Source: the human T2T-CHM13v2.0 reference genome, Homo sapiens. From it: 64,000 bases of DNA. The translations under genes and the position numbers were made by a program. The notes beneath the pieces were generated by a model, which was not told where the DNA came from, ran no database searches, and saw only the letters and a program-made list of their open reading frames with translations. Positions 28,884 through 43,273 of the stretch are shown here, piece after piece (within the stretch, counting starts at the first letter, position 1; each line of letters opens with the position of its first letter). The stretch is from NCBI RefSeq assembly GCF_009914755.1, contig NC_060939.1; one strand, given 5' to 3'.

Positions 28884-29857
28884 CTACAGCCAGAAAGAAA
28901 CACACGTTACTCTTCCTCGGTTAGGGGCTTTCTAATTCCTCAGGTCTATCAACTTTCCAGTGCAGCAATGTTTTGGCATAACTTCAATTTGACACATTTA
29001 AAGTCATTTATTTTTCTCTTTGGTAGGCTAACACTGAATATGAAATTTACATGTGGCTGATTCAGAATCCTGAATGATAATTTACCCTGAATGATATAAA
29101 ATGAATAAGCCGAAGGAATCATGCAAACTAAGGCCTGTTCAAGAAGGGTCATCCGCATGGAGGGCACACCCATGACAGGAAATGACACATCATGTTTGTG
29201 TCTATTTCTCAAGTTTCAGGCTTAGCTTAGATGGGCACCAAAAGTGCAAAAGAATGGCAACCATAGGGAGAAGAAAAATTCCATCTGCTTAATCTCTACC
29301 TAGTTTTCTTAATAATCACAGGCATTTAAATATCAAACACATAAACCACACATGCCTAATACATGGAATTTGAATATGTTCTCAAAATGATGGGAGGTTT
29401 TTGATGACAAAACATCAATAAGTTAGGCAAAAATGATTTCATCTGAGATAAAACTTTCAGGGAATAAAAAAAAATTCCAGGTAAATCACTTAATGAGCCT
29501 TAGCCTCTATTGTGCTTAAATGACTTTTTATGAACAAAGTGCTCAGGATAAATCAATGTTTTAAGTTATAGGAGCAGCTATGCGACCTAATGGCTAATGG
29601 ATCTTATTATTTTATTTAACTCCAGAGCTCTGATATAAAAAGTGCTGTCTGTAAATATATGCACATGTAAGTATATGTATAATTTATGTAATGACAAGTC
29701 TAATCATGTATGTTTACATGTGTATAGAAGTTTATGTTAATTCTATGGCTATTAATTAGAGCCAAAAAGAAAATTTCATTAATATATTATTGCAAAACTG
29801 GAAGTGAATGAATTCCATAGCAGGTTTGAAATTTTTACTTATACCAATATGGAATGT

Positions 29858-29886
29858 TGATGATGACGATAATGATGATGATGATG
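29858..29886. repeat. (GAT)n imperfect trinucleotide repeat
   Basis: tgatgatgacgataatgatgatgatgatg. Confidence 0.85.
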
Positions 29887-30231
29887 GCCTGTTGGAGAGA
29901 AATACATACTGTTCTTCTAATCTAGAACATCTAATCCCTTCTCCTTACATAGTTCCCTACAGCAAGCTTATCCTTGTGTTGGTACAGAAAGGAAGTCATT
30001 GGTGAGAAATAGGCAAAAAAAAAATAATAATAAATAAAGGCTAGGCATATAAAAGGAAGTATGATTTGTTTAAACTAATGACATCATTATATACAGTCAT
30101 ATAATGATATATATGCCAATTGTAACTATTATAAGGCCTAGCTGACTTGAGGTGGAGAATGGTATGACTTTTTTGGTATCATTTTATGTTAGAGCACAGA
30201 TCACTGTAAATGATGTGATAATGGCACCTAA

Positions 30232-30273
30232 ATATCTATCTATCTATCTATCTACCTACGTATCTACCTATCG
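30232..30273. repeat. (TATC)n/(TACC) tetranucleotide repeat
   Basis: atatctatctatctatctatctacctacgtatctacctatc. Confidence 0.9.
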
Positions 30274-30461
30274 AGAAGCTTTTGAGGTCTCCCTAATTGA
30301 CCTGGTTCCAATTTTTTTTTTCCCACAGAGCTCTAGTGCCAAATGATGAATCTTTTCTATTAACTGACCCAGTCTTCAAAAAAGAATTGCTAGCCTGAGA
30401 AATGTGGAATGCCTGGCTTCTCTGACTAGTGTTGACACAGTTGTTTCCAGCGTGAACATAC

Positions 30462-30584
30462 CTGTACAAGTGAAGCCATCACCTGTGTATCCTTCCTTGC
30501 ACAGACAGCGGTAAGATCCCATGGTATTCTTGCAGTCTGCATGCTGGCTGCACATATGGGTTCCATTGGAACATTCGTCCAGAT
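30462..30584 (-). CDS. FBN1: FBN1 exon 33, cbEGF19, 123 nt
   Basis: aag|AT...CAG|gtatgt; [41 protein letters not shown]. Confidence 0.97.
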
Positions 30585-30734
30585 CTTATAGAAAAAGGTT
30601 ATATCATTATTAACAGAAAGGGTGGTATTTAAAACCAATAATACACAAATTAAAATAACTTTACATAATTAATATTTTCATATGTGTAATCTATGCAGTC
30701 CTTGATAAGCAACCTCTGTTACTTTCCTACTCAC

Positions 30735-30857
30735 CAGTGCACTTAATGCCATCTCCAATCCACCCGGGACTGCAGCTACATTTGAAGCTTCCTGCTGTAT
30801 TGGTACATACAGCATGTTTGCCACAGTTGTGTGCTCCAATTTCACATTCATTGATGT
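30735..30857 (-). CDS. FBN1: FBN1 exon 32, cbEGF18, 123 nt
   Basis: cag|AC...CTG|gtgagt; [41 protein letters not shown]. Confidence 0.97.
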
Positions 30858-32794
30858 CTGGAAAAATGAGCAGTGATTTAGAAAAAGGCTCAGCACAAAT
30901 GTCTTTTGGTTTTTAAAATAAGTAATATTCAAAAGTTGACTTGCCTTCAAACTTCCCATGGTATAGTATAGACTGGTTTTGCATCCATATATAAACTCTA
31001 CATATATCAAACAGCTTTAAATTTCAAATTATAAAGATATAACAATATGATTGTACTAGCTATTGTTAACTCTAATTATTTTCCGTATTTTAATGTAAGT
31101 TTCCAGTCACTGCAAAGTGACTTTTTACAGCTGAAGACCATAAAAAATGAGTTGCTTAATTTTCTATGGTTTTAATACTCCTTGTCACATATTTTCTTTT
31201 GCTAGTATTTTTAGTAAGTCAACTATGGAGTAATGATGCACATTATTTTCATATCTTGTATAGACAAAAAATACAAACTTGTTGGCAAATTAGAAAATTT
31301 TTGCATTATATTCTATATATAAAATATATTTTATTCTTAAACTTAAAACACTTATTTAATTATGCTTTATTTCTACAAAAGCTTTCCTTTAGGTATTGCT
31401 AATTTAAGCATTTGCAGAAAATGTTCCTTAAGACAGTATATAAGCCATCTTTTCCCTAGCTTCTTAGAGTCCTAGCACATTGGAGAGCCAAGCCTTCTTG
31501 TATATTTCATGTAAAACTCAAGTTAATCCAATGGGGATTTTGTCAGAATATAAGGAATACCAGATTAGGGTCACATTACTAAAAGACTCCAAATTTTCCA
31601 AAATGCTCTATTCTCCAAAATTCTATTGTCAACTTTAGCCAAGATAGACTCTCTAACATAAATATGTTACAGAAAAGAACATAAAGTACTAAGTGAAAAT
31701 TTTCCAAAACGAGCCCATTCTATAATGGGTTACCCTCATAATCAACTTTGTCATTAACTAAGAACAAGAACTCATAAATATGGTACTCTATATGGAAACC
31801 AACATCTAACACCAATCTTAGGTCAAGAAGAACAATTTTGCCATACAAAACACTGCAAGAATTTCCAGTGAACACTTGAATAGTGGCATGAAAAAGAAAC
31901 TGGGCAAGTAATTCATGTTTGCCTTTTTGTTTACTTATGAAGCCCAATTAAATGATTTGAAAGTGTTTGCAAACATGCTATCTGCCAAGTGTTCCATCTG
32001 AAGCTCTGAAATGGTCCTGGGATCTTTGGCTTCTTCATAACTTCTAGAGCAAACACAAAATGAAATAAGAACAGATTGCTCCTACAAAAGAACTTTATAA
32101 TATCACTAATGATCATAAAAATGAAGCAGCATGCCTGGAAGAATGTCCTTTCAGTCATGACACATTGTATAGGTGGATTTTAGTGTAACCTTGGCAGCCA
32201 CATGGACCTATCAAGTTATTACTGCAGGTCAAGAGAGACACATAGCTTTAGACTGTGACTGGGAGCTTTAACCAGCTAAATAATTGAGCATGGCACATTC
32301 CAAGGAAATGAGGAGGAAGGCCAATTCAGGGATAACAGTGCTAAGTAGGCACAGGAATTCAAGAATGTATGTCTTTCCATACCTGACCTAACAGATCCCG
32401 CAGAACTAGCACAAATACTCCCAAGCAGGGCTGTCGAAACTTCTTTCTGCCTCAGGTAATTGCTCCCCTCAGAGGTAATGCAACAAATCACCATTTTTGT
32501 GGAGTTTTGCCTAAATTTCTCTCCTATATTTGTCATGATCTCTGACAAATAATCTTATGTGGACACAAAAAGCTTCAATTGCATAAGTATCAAAGCCTCC
32601 AGATGTTATAGAATCAAGGAATTTTCTAAGTGGAAAGAACTCGTAATTCCATTCTCCCAATCTCAGTTTCTCAGAAGAAGACAAAGAAGTTGGGCCCTAC
32701 AAGTCAGTGAGGGGCAGAGCCAGGACCTCCTGAAACTCAGTTTCCCCATCTGGTGATTGGCACTCCTTCCCTTGGGCCACAGCTGCCTAGCTGA

Positions 32795-33133
<339 letters not shown>

Positions 33134-36100
33134 TGAGCGCATTTCTTTAGTCATATCAGGATTTTATTCTAAGCCTTGCTTTATGGAGTTACCAAAATAT
33201 TGGTGAATATTAACTGACTTATAGAAATACTCACTAATATCTTCTACTAAGCATAATTTTCAGAGATGACCACAACCTATTAATCTAGTAATTCTGTAAT
33301 CTTTTTCTTTCCAGTTTTCTAATGACCAGAGGTACTCTTATTTTATGAGTATTATCATTTTCATATGGCTTTTACCTTCCATGTTTAATCTTGCAATTAA
33401 GAAAATTATCATTTCTTTTTAATGGAAAGTCTCCTTTAAAAATCATCAGTAATATGCTAATAGAAATTTACAACTTTAGAAAGTGTTTTCAGTTTTATGG
33501 CAATGTTTTCAAGGTGAAAAGAAACTATATTTACAACAGGCTGTGTATCATGGGCTTTTGGGTAATAGGAGAGAGTAACTCAGGAGCCAATATTCAATTC
33601 TCCATTTTGTGACTATTTGTATAAGTTATTATCTCAATGTTTTACACTCTCAGTATGTAACAATTGGAGAGACTTCAAGTGGTCATAAAGTATAAAAGCA
33701 TCTCCAAATAAAAGGTTTTTGCATGTGGGTGTGTGTGCATGCATGCACCAACTATCATTCATTAATTGTTTCTGTGGCAGACTTGGACTGTAATTCATCA
33801 TAAAAGCAAACAGAAGGGGAAAGTGAGCCATAAGGAAAACAAGCAAACAAAAATGCTGTATTGAAACACTCTTCAATAACATGAAGGAAACATAGTACAT
33901 GTTTGCCAAGAATATCTCTTTCTGTAAAAATGTTCTCTTTCCTGCACAAGTTCGCTGCAAACAGAAAATTCCTGTTTAAGATTAAGAATAGCATAAGCCA
34001 AGAAAAGCAAAGAAATTCAAACTTAAAGTGACACCGCAACCTTCTTAACCCCACCAAACCTTTGTCACAAAGACTCAAAGGTCCTCTTGCATGGCTCTCT
34101 TGAAGGGCAAGGGTGTGGTGTGAGCAGACCCTGCTCACAGGCTCTGGGTATGTCCCATGCAAGTATGTCATCCAAGTATGGGCTTGTGCCCGGGGCTGCT
34201 GTGGCCTCCTCTTACAGTCACGCAGGGAGAGGCTGTATCACCCACACAAACACCTGCCTTCTCTGCCATCTGGGCATCTGTCTCCTGGATCCTAACCTGG
34301 CAGAGCTGTGCACTGCAGAAACTCCTTGATTAGGCATTGAGGAAGAGGGCGTTACCATGAATGGAGAGGCCAAACGTGAAGGCTACTTGGATTTCTTAAT
34401 TTGGATCCAAATTTGAGCCAACACTATTAACTGAACACCCATGGAGTTTTCACAGGCCGACAGCCAGTGAAGGAAAATTAGCAGTGATAAGAAACTGGAA
34501 GGAAATGAACACAAATTCTCACTGACTGTTGGTGGTTGAAATATATGATTCTCTCCTATGAACCAAGATCCACCAGAGACATTTCTCTTATGAAAGAAAC
34601 CAGCTAGTTTCCAATATGGAATTACCCAGAAATCCCGCTATTTTAACTGAAAACAAGTCTGATTTAATTCCACTTAATGGTATGCTTGCTTTATTCATTA
34701 ACTAAGTAAGCACATGATGGGAGGTAGGGTCTTAAAATTAGCTTGTGAAAGCCAGGACCACCCATCAAAGATGACACCTAGCAGGGCCTTAATTATGTAG
34801 AACAAGCAGCAGAAGCCTTACATTGGGTCATAGAAAAATTGTAATCCAGCCCACTTAAGCCAAGGATAGAAGAGCTGTGTTCTGCGTTTCAAGCAAATGT
34901 GTTCTCTCTCCATTAAATGGAACATTCCCCCTTGGCAATACCCAGGGTCTGAACAAAGCTTACGGAGTAAAAAGAAACCCTTAGCATCTGTGTGGGCTGG
35001 GAATGTAAGTCAGTGGGTGGATTCTGAACATTGCTAAAGTGATTGGGGGAAAAAACATGTTTATTTGTTAAAATGGAAATACTCAGTAATGACAGGGAGC
35101 TGAAATATTTAGACAAAACTGTAATGGAGCCCAGAGGTCTTTTTCTTAGTTCTCATGAAGCAAAATTTCTCCTTATAAAATAGCATACATATTTTCATAA
35201 TTCTTTTCATTAAACAATAATCTATCTAAATAAATAAATAGATAAATAAGTAGACATATTCCTTTTGTCTGCTTGCTTATCCAATTAGGCAAGATACCTA
35301 TCTCTACTTACATTAGTTGCCTGGAACATTATTAGCAAAGCCATCACCAAGGTAACCTGACGGTGTTCTAAGTTGTGAATGACACGAATTTTAAACTAAA
35401 AGCAGCTAAAAGAGCCTTAGTGACATGGCATTCAAAAAACATTTTGCCCCAGATTTTTAAAAACACGTTTTCAAGTATACCAAACTTACTGTTTGGTTAA
35501 GCCATTTCCAATCAAATGTGATGCCCTTCCACAGGTCAGGGCTGTTACTTACCCAAGGAGAACATTTGAGTAACTGCAGAGCACCCTGGTGATTTGTTCA
35601 AGATCATGAATGAGTGGATTTACTAAGAACACAATTCAGGGTACTACTCCTTCAGATGAGAATATCACATGCCATGTTACTCTGGTATCAAAGGGGCATA
35701 AAACTCAAGTCTTCCTACAGTGCTAGCTGGATTTTAGCAAATTGGAAAATCATTTTAGGCTGTAATTTTCAAAACTGGAGGAAGAGCTCAAGTGTTTCTT
35801 TGACTTCAAATCTATGAAAAAGATTTGAAGAGGATCAAATGTTTCTTTGACTTCAAATCTATGTTCATGTGATTGACTCAAAGGCTGCTGTTCTTAACGT
35901 AAAGCTGGTGTCACTTCATGCAACTGTAGTGCACAGCTCTGTTACCATGGTCTTAGTATCTGTGCAAATTCAACTACGAAAAACAAGCCTTTCAATATAA
36001 AGAGTAAGATTTTCCTTCTTTAAACTGAGTTCAAGCATGAATCAGTAAACAGTAGCATAAAATTTTTGCTAGACTGTTAAATTCTCAAATGAAACAACAA

Positions 36101-37861
36101 AACAATGGACAATAGATATAGACTAGAAGCAATGGCTTTCACTAAAATGGCCTCTAGACACTGTGTCTATGTTTCATTTGACAATAGCTTTTATTTATTG
36201 ACCAGCACTGCGCCAACAGCATTGTATACATTATATGTCATTTACCTAAAACTACATTAAATAACATGAAAATTTAAGCTTTCTTCAGGGTAAGGCCTAA
36301 AATAATCAGCCACTGCACATGACCCAGTTAGCTAGAATTTGGAGCATTGAATTCTAGAGACCTCTTTCTTATGGGGAATGAAGGTTGTTCCATGAGATTA
36401 ACTTCTTTCATAAGCATCACTGCCTCTGGGTTGAATTTCAATGTGCTCAGCTTAACAAAACAGTAGTATTATCCTCTATTAGTTAAAACATAATACAGAA
36501 CTATCTTACCTTTCTTTTCACTACTGCCAGACCATCATCCCTTACCAAGTCCTATATTTATACTGGAAGCTAAAAATAAAGCTTGAACCATAGACATACA
36601 AAGCTAGGCACCATTTGTACCGAGAGGCCGTATAGGAGTTGAGAGTTTAAACACTGTGCCATTTATCAGAATGGACCCCTAGACAGGCTTCATGTAAGGA
36701 GTAGCATAGTGAAAATGAAAACATTCCAGCTTCATGCTTCTTCTCATAATTTGGCTAGCATCTGTTATTTTTGAACCAACAATAATATTATTGCCCTTAT
36801 CCTACATATCAATAAATTTGAAATAGCATTATTGGCCAGTTTGAAACAATAATAAATATATTTTGGTGTTTTCTTGAAATATGTTGATATAATTAAGAGG
36901 AGGATCTGCACATTTGCCCCACTGCCAATCTGCAAATATTTTAATATTTGTTTTAAGTCATAAGAGCTTGCCAAACTGGTTTTTGGAATTAAAGACTGTT
37001 ATTTATTAAGAAATTATTCAGTTACCTAATTCAAGCTCACCATGGTTTCCATTATGTTTTAAATTATGTTATATGCCATAATCTGTCAAATTAATATAAG
37101 TAACTAGAGTAAAACTTTATTATATCATTCCATGGACTTAATGTCATTGCCTCATATTTGAAAATACCAACTAAACACTTATAAACTAAACACAATGTCA
37201 TTAGCACAGAGTAACTTCTTCCATTTGGCATTTAATAGGATAGTCTCCTACAAATATTGTGAAAACATTTTCTCATGTGCTATTGGTAACAGACAACATT
37301 GCAAATGGTTTCATTATCACTTCATAAGATTTGCTAAGTCCCATGAATAAAGACTTCCTTGGACTAATATGACTTAATACATCAAAAGTACTCCTATTTA
37401 AGGCACTGGAAGACTAGTGAGAATTGATGAAATATATGAATTGTAGGATGTTTTCCTTTAAAGAGCAATTCCAGTTATAAACCTTAAATGAAGTGTTGGC
37501 AAAGGAGGTTATTGGAAAAGGCTTGCTTCGGTGAAGGGCCATGAATATTTGGTAATTAGCATGTTCACTAATTTGATATGAAAATGTGATTTTTAACCTC
37601 ATAAAAATGTGCTATTTACAGTGTTAATTTATTCAATACACCTTTTTCCCCCCACAGGTCAAGAAAAAAACCTGCAACTTGGATCCAATATAAACGATGA
37701 CAAATTTCAAAGAAGTGGAAGCTAAATTAATGAAAAATGTTATGCAAAATGTTTTATAATATAGTTAAAATGTATGAGTTTTAAAACATGTATCAATCTA
37801 TAATTATGATACCAATCTCTTAACTACTTAATATTTTATTGTTCTACTTGAACAAACACAC

Positions 37862-37987
37862 CTGTACAGCCAGTTTTTCCTTTTTTGCCGGAGTAGCCCA
37901 TATCACAGTGGCAGATAAATGAGCCTTTCGTGTTTTCACAGGTCCCACTTAGGCAGATATTTGGATTCAGGTCACACTCATTGACAT
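37862..37987 (-). CDS. FBN1: FBN1 exon 31, cbEGF17, 126 nt
   Basis: cag|AT...CAG|gtgtgt; [42 protein letters not shown]. Confidence 0.97.
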
Positions 37988-38534
37988 CTGTAAAACATAT
38001 ATACTATTAATATATGTAGCTATTTGATATCATTGAGTACTTTCCCCTCGAGACATAATAACTATGACAAATACATTAGAAAAGGTAAAATGCTTTCCCT
38101 CAGAAAAACAATGTTAAATTTTAGAGGCCAATTTACATTTGCTCTTCATTCTTTACATTGCAAGCTCATTATTCAGACTGGCTTTCATCTGGCCCATAAG
38201 CAGCAGGCCAGTTAATCAAATAAACAGATGGGCTCCATGCTGAGTTTAGAGCTCGTTTATGTGACAGTCTAGAAAACTTTTTAGAACAGCATACTCTATT
38301 GCAGGATGAAAAGTTTAATTCAGTCTGCATGATGATAACAATTTAGTTTTCATATTTTGAAAGAAAGGATAGATGAACTGGTTGTCTTAGTGTAAGTAGT
38401 TTAAGACTTCACTTCTTTTCCAAATTAAAAATTATTCATTTTTTATGACATTCATTTTAATTCTAGGACTTCAAACATTTTCAGTAAAGGCTTTCAGAAG
38501 ATAAATGTGATAAAAATGTAAATATAATCAATAC

Positions 38535-39650
38535 CAGACTCTTGCTTCTGGCCAAGATAGAATAACAGGAATTAAAATTATATTCTCAGATGAAACAACC
38601 AAAAAAAATAGACAATAGATACCTTAAAAAGTGGTTTTCTAGACATTGGACATTAGGCAACAAAAGACAGTGATCCCTGAGAGAAAGAAAAACTAGGTGA
38701 ATCCTACAATTGCCCGAGATTACTGAATAGGAGAGTTTTAACTTCATGGCATAAGGAGGAGGTACCAGATGGAGCCAGGCACTGTCCTTGAGTTGAGGAG
38801 ATGAATCTGGGCATCCTGGAAGGCTGAGGTAGTTAGGGTTCATAGGGCAGAGTAAAGGACAGGAGAGAGCTACACAGAAGAAAGCAATGCCAGAGATTTG
38901 CTAAGAGTCTTCTGCAAGTATTCAGATGAGTAGTGACCAGCACATTCATATAAGGAAACAAACTACTCAAGGCTGGGGAAAGCACTACCCAAGAAAATGA
39001 GAGGGAACAATCCTCAAAGTTCACAGGGGGTCTGGGATTGTGCCTGTTCCCACCAGCCTGACTGGAAAGCCTCATAATTCACAGGGAATTGGGTAGAATA
39101 TCCAGAAGGGTCTTACCTCACTAACAGAGCAAAATTACCCCTAGACTAAGTGTAGCTTAAAAGCTTAAAAGCAAGACTTTGAAAGGGATCCATGTGTTTC
39201 CAAGTAATTTACACTTCAGAACAAAGTTCAAAAATATTTCTAGGAATACAAAAATATCTAGCACTCAGTAAGGCACAATTTACACTATCTGGTATCCAAT
39301 CAAAAATTACCAGTCACTCAATGAAGCAGGAAAATATGACCTAAAATAAGGAAGAAAGTCAATTTATTCAAATGACCTAGAACCAATGCAGATGACAGAA
39401 TTAGGAGACAAAGACACTAAAAGTTGTTATAACTGTATTCCATGTGTTCAAACAGCTAGAGGAATGATTGAACTTATGCAGAGACACAGAATATATGAAA
39501 AAATACCCAAGTCGAACTTTTAGAGGTGAAAACTACAACATCTGAGATGAAAAATACACTGTATGTGAGGAAAGGCAGATTAGAGATCGTAGAAGAAAAG
39601 TTTATCAAATTTGAAGGCATAACAATAGAAACTATACAAAACAAATAGAT
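38535..39650 (+). mobile_element. Old L1M-type LINE-1 5' region with degenerate ORF1 start
   Basis: cttctggccaagat start; ORF1-like A-rich stretch (aagcaggaaaatatgacc, aaaactacaacatctgagatgaaaaatacactg, gcagattaga...gaagaaaag). Confidence 0.7.
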
Positions 39651-40024
39651 CAGTTCTAAAGTTTACTGCATTCTTGTCAGAAGTAAATTTTGTTTGCCTT
39701 TAGTCAAGGATTTAAAAAGCCTACATGATAGTCAAAGCAGAAGGAGGGTTAAGTGGACAAAAGTAATGGATAGGCATAAAAGAAATGTCCATCTGGAGCT
39801 GACGAATGGCCAGTCAGTCCTCATAACATATCTGACAAGAGTACCATTTAATAGCCACAAGAAAGCTCTCTTTGGAATGCTGGTTAAAATATGAGTATTG
39901 TGCCTCTAAATATCCTTACTTTTCCTATGGAATCTTTCTATCACTGACCCAAACTAACTTTATGTAATTTAACAGTGCTTATGACTAACAAGACAAGATG
40001 AAAAATTCTGTCTTCTTTGCTTAC

Positions 40025-40150
40025 CTACACAAGTCTTCATGTCTTCAGATGCCATGAATCCATCATAACACAAGCACCTGTACTCTCCAGGGATATTTGT
40101 GCACTGACCACCATCACAGATATTGGGATTATCTTCACACTCATCGATGT
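40025..40150 (-). CDS. FBN1: FBN1 exon 30, cbEGF16, 126 nt
   Basis: cag|AC...TAG|gtaagc; [42 protein letters not shown]. Confidence 0.97.
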
Positions 40151-40531
40151 CTGCAAAGAATAAAACCAACAACCACAGGTTGTTGATATTGGTTCCACTG
40201 TTCAGTGAGAAAACATTAACTGACCGCAGTCAAATAAACTTAGCCTACTAGCATAAGACTATTAACTCTCAAATCCAAATGAAGCTTTGCATAAACTAGC
40301 CCATTGGGTTATCCTTGGTAAAAAAGGAAAAAATATTTTTCAATATTTATAATATACTGCTCAAGGGCAACGTCCACACCTGCTTAAAAGTCTATTATTT
40401 ATTTAAAATCTTTCTTTCATTTAATTTATCATTCAAAAATTATTATAAATCTTATTTTCCCTATTGTCAAATTATAAATGCCTGAATTCTATCAACTGTT
40501 TTAGCAATATTTTAAGGTAAGAATTACTTGA

Positions 40532-40896
<365 letters not shown>

Positions 40897-41091
40897 TAGC
40901 CAAATTTATATCTAGATTTTTTAAGGGACATTTTTCTAGGTCAGTAAAATAATTTTGGTTCCTAAATCCAAATTCTCTTCTTAAGCCAAGCCAAAATCAA
41001 AGCCTATGTTATTACCCACTTTGTTTCTCACCTCTACCTGGCTCACAGCTCTCGCAGCCAGGGTGATACAAAAGGAAGTGTAAATTAGACC

Positions 41092-41279
41092 ACTGGTTCT
41101 CAAACTTTAGCATGCATCCAAATCATTTGGAGAGATTGTGAAAACAAATTCCTGGGATCTACCTCAGTAGTTTCTGATACGGTAGATCTGGAATGGGGCC
41201 TGAGATTTTACATTTTTTTAACAAGTTCTCAGGTGATGCTGTTGCCAATGGTTCAAGGAATAAACCTGGAGTTGCACTG
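41092..41279. mobile_element. MER5A-like hAT-Charlie MITE
   Basis: cactggttctcaaactttagcatgcatc...ggggcctgagatttta...aacaagttctcaggtgatgctg. Confidence 0.8.
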
Positions 41280-41580
41280 AATTAGGCCAAAACATCAAAC
41301 TCTTCAAAAGTCTGGTCAATGAAGGAAAATGTATTTTATATTCCATTTATTATATGCCAGGTACTATGGTAAGCTCTGTAAATACTATTTTATGCAGGCA
41401 ATTTGAACTTCATTTTATAGATGAGGATTCTAATAATAGGTATCTTGATTAAGGATACAGTTAAAATATATGACAAACAAGGGTTTGGACTCAAGCCTGC
41501 TTGACTCCAAAGCCTGGGCCCTAAACTACTTTACTTAGGAACCTACTGAGAGATTCAACATGAGGCTAGAACCTACTCAC

Positions 41581-41703
41581 CGGTGCATGATCTCTGGTCA
41601 GGCATTAGTGCAAATCCCGGCTGACAGCTACATTCATAGCTGCCTTCAGAGTTTGTGCAGAAGGTTTCACAACCACCATTCATTATGCTGCATTCATCAA
41701 TGT
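41581..41703 (-). CDS. FBN1: FBN1 exon 29, cbEGF15, 123 nt
   Basis: tag|AC...CCG|gtgagt; [41 protein letters not shown]. Confidence 0.97.
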
Positions 41704-41732
41704 CTAAAAGAAATGAAAATAATATCACCTTC

Positions 41733-42080
41733 TGATATGGTTTGGATGTCTGTCCCCTCCAATACTCGTGTTGAAATTTAACTGCCATTGTAACACTATT
41801 TAAGAGGCAGGGCCTTTAAAAGAGGTAATCATCCTATGAGGGCTCTACCCTCATGGTGGGATCGGTGCTGTTATAAAAGATCAAGTTCAGCCCCCTCTTG
41901 CTCTCTTTCACCCTCGTGCTTTCTTCAATGGGATAACGTAGGAAGAAGGACCATGCAAAATCCTGGCTTCTTGATATTGGATTTCCCACCCTCCAGAACT
42001 GTGAACTAATAATTTCTATTCATTATAAATCACCCAGTTTCAGGTATTCTATTACAGTATCACAAAAATGGGCTAACACA
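41733..42080 (+). mobile_element. MST-family (ERVL-MaLR) solo LTR
   Basis: TG...CA ends (tgatatggtttgg...gggctaacaca), ctccagaactgtga motif, 5-bp TSD ccttc/cctcc. Confidence 0.88.
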
Positions 42081-42169
42081 CCTCCCTCTGTGTTTATGAG
42101 CATGGCACATTTTTAACATTTCCAGGCATACGTCAAATAAAGGGGAAAAAGCATTCTAGGGCAACTGAG

Positions 42170-42370
42170 TCACTGATTCCTTCAACAAATGTTAATGACA
42201 TACCTACTATATGCTAGAGATGAGACTCTAATAGTGAATGGGACAGACACAATCTTTGACTTCAAAATGATTACACTGTGGCCAGGAGACAGATGAACAA
42301 TTAATTGCACCATGCATGATGTGCCATTTGCAATGCAGGAGAAGTATTGGGTGCTAGGAGAACACATCTC
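42170..42370 (-). mobile_element. L2 3' remnant
   Basis: ttcaacaaatgttaatgacatacctactatatgctag...acagacacaatc; approximate. Confidence 0.6.
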
Positions 42371-43193
42371 AGTTATGATAATAGGCACGTGGATGAAATT
42401 CTCTTGGCCACAGATTCACTTATAAACTTGAAATTCAGTTTGATTGGCTGAGGTTCCAATCTTTTTCAATAACCTGAGTTGAAGTTCTGAGTTGTCCTGG
42501 GCCATGTTTCAGAAAACTTTGGGCTGATTTATGGTTTTGGGTGGAAACCATGTGAGACTTGGCAGTTCCACATGGTGTACACCCCAAACCAGGCAAAAAC
42601 TGGCAGTTTCTACAAAGTTTCACTTTGACTCGGGGCACAATAAAGCCACAGGACTGTCTGTGCCACTCTTCACAGCACGACTAAACCTACAGAGGGCTGA
42701 CCACAAAGCAAAATTCTTGTCCCACAAAAACCCATCTTTAAGGAGAGCCAGGCATAGCCTCAATTGCAGTGTAAGATATGAACATTCCATGGTCTTCTTT
42801 CCAATAGTTATTTTTTTGAAATCTTTTAGCTGATCTAAACCACATAAGGGCAGTGATTTCAACTCAGCTTTCTGCTCTTTTCCACAGCACTCACCGTGTT
42901 TAGTTTATTTCAGGTGGTTAGTTACCATTTGTTAATGTGCATTGGTATGCATGTGTGTAGACAAAGCACATGCTGCTACTGTTCCCTATCCAAACGGCAT
43001 GGGTCAAATTATGCTTATTAGAGCTAAAACATCCTATGTCCTTCACTTAACTGGCTCTTTAAACAGATAATGGAGATGAGATCCAAAGATCGTGAGCCAC
43101 TATAAAAAGAATATTGCAGGGAAACAAGAAAGATAAGTAAAAGTAGCGATGAAAACAAAACTCAGAGTACATAGAGTGTTTTAGGGAGAGATG

Positions 43194-43273
43194 AAATAAA
43201 ATAAAATAAAATAACATAACATAACATAACATAAAATAAAGTAAAATAAAATAAAATAAAATAAAATAAAAAA
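43194..43273. repeat. (TAAAA)n/(TAACA)n pentanucleotide repeat in intron 28
   Basis: Direct reading; corresponds to the known polymorphic FBN1 intron-28 TAAAA marker. Confidence 0.95.
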
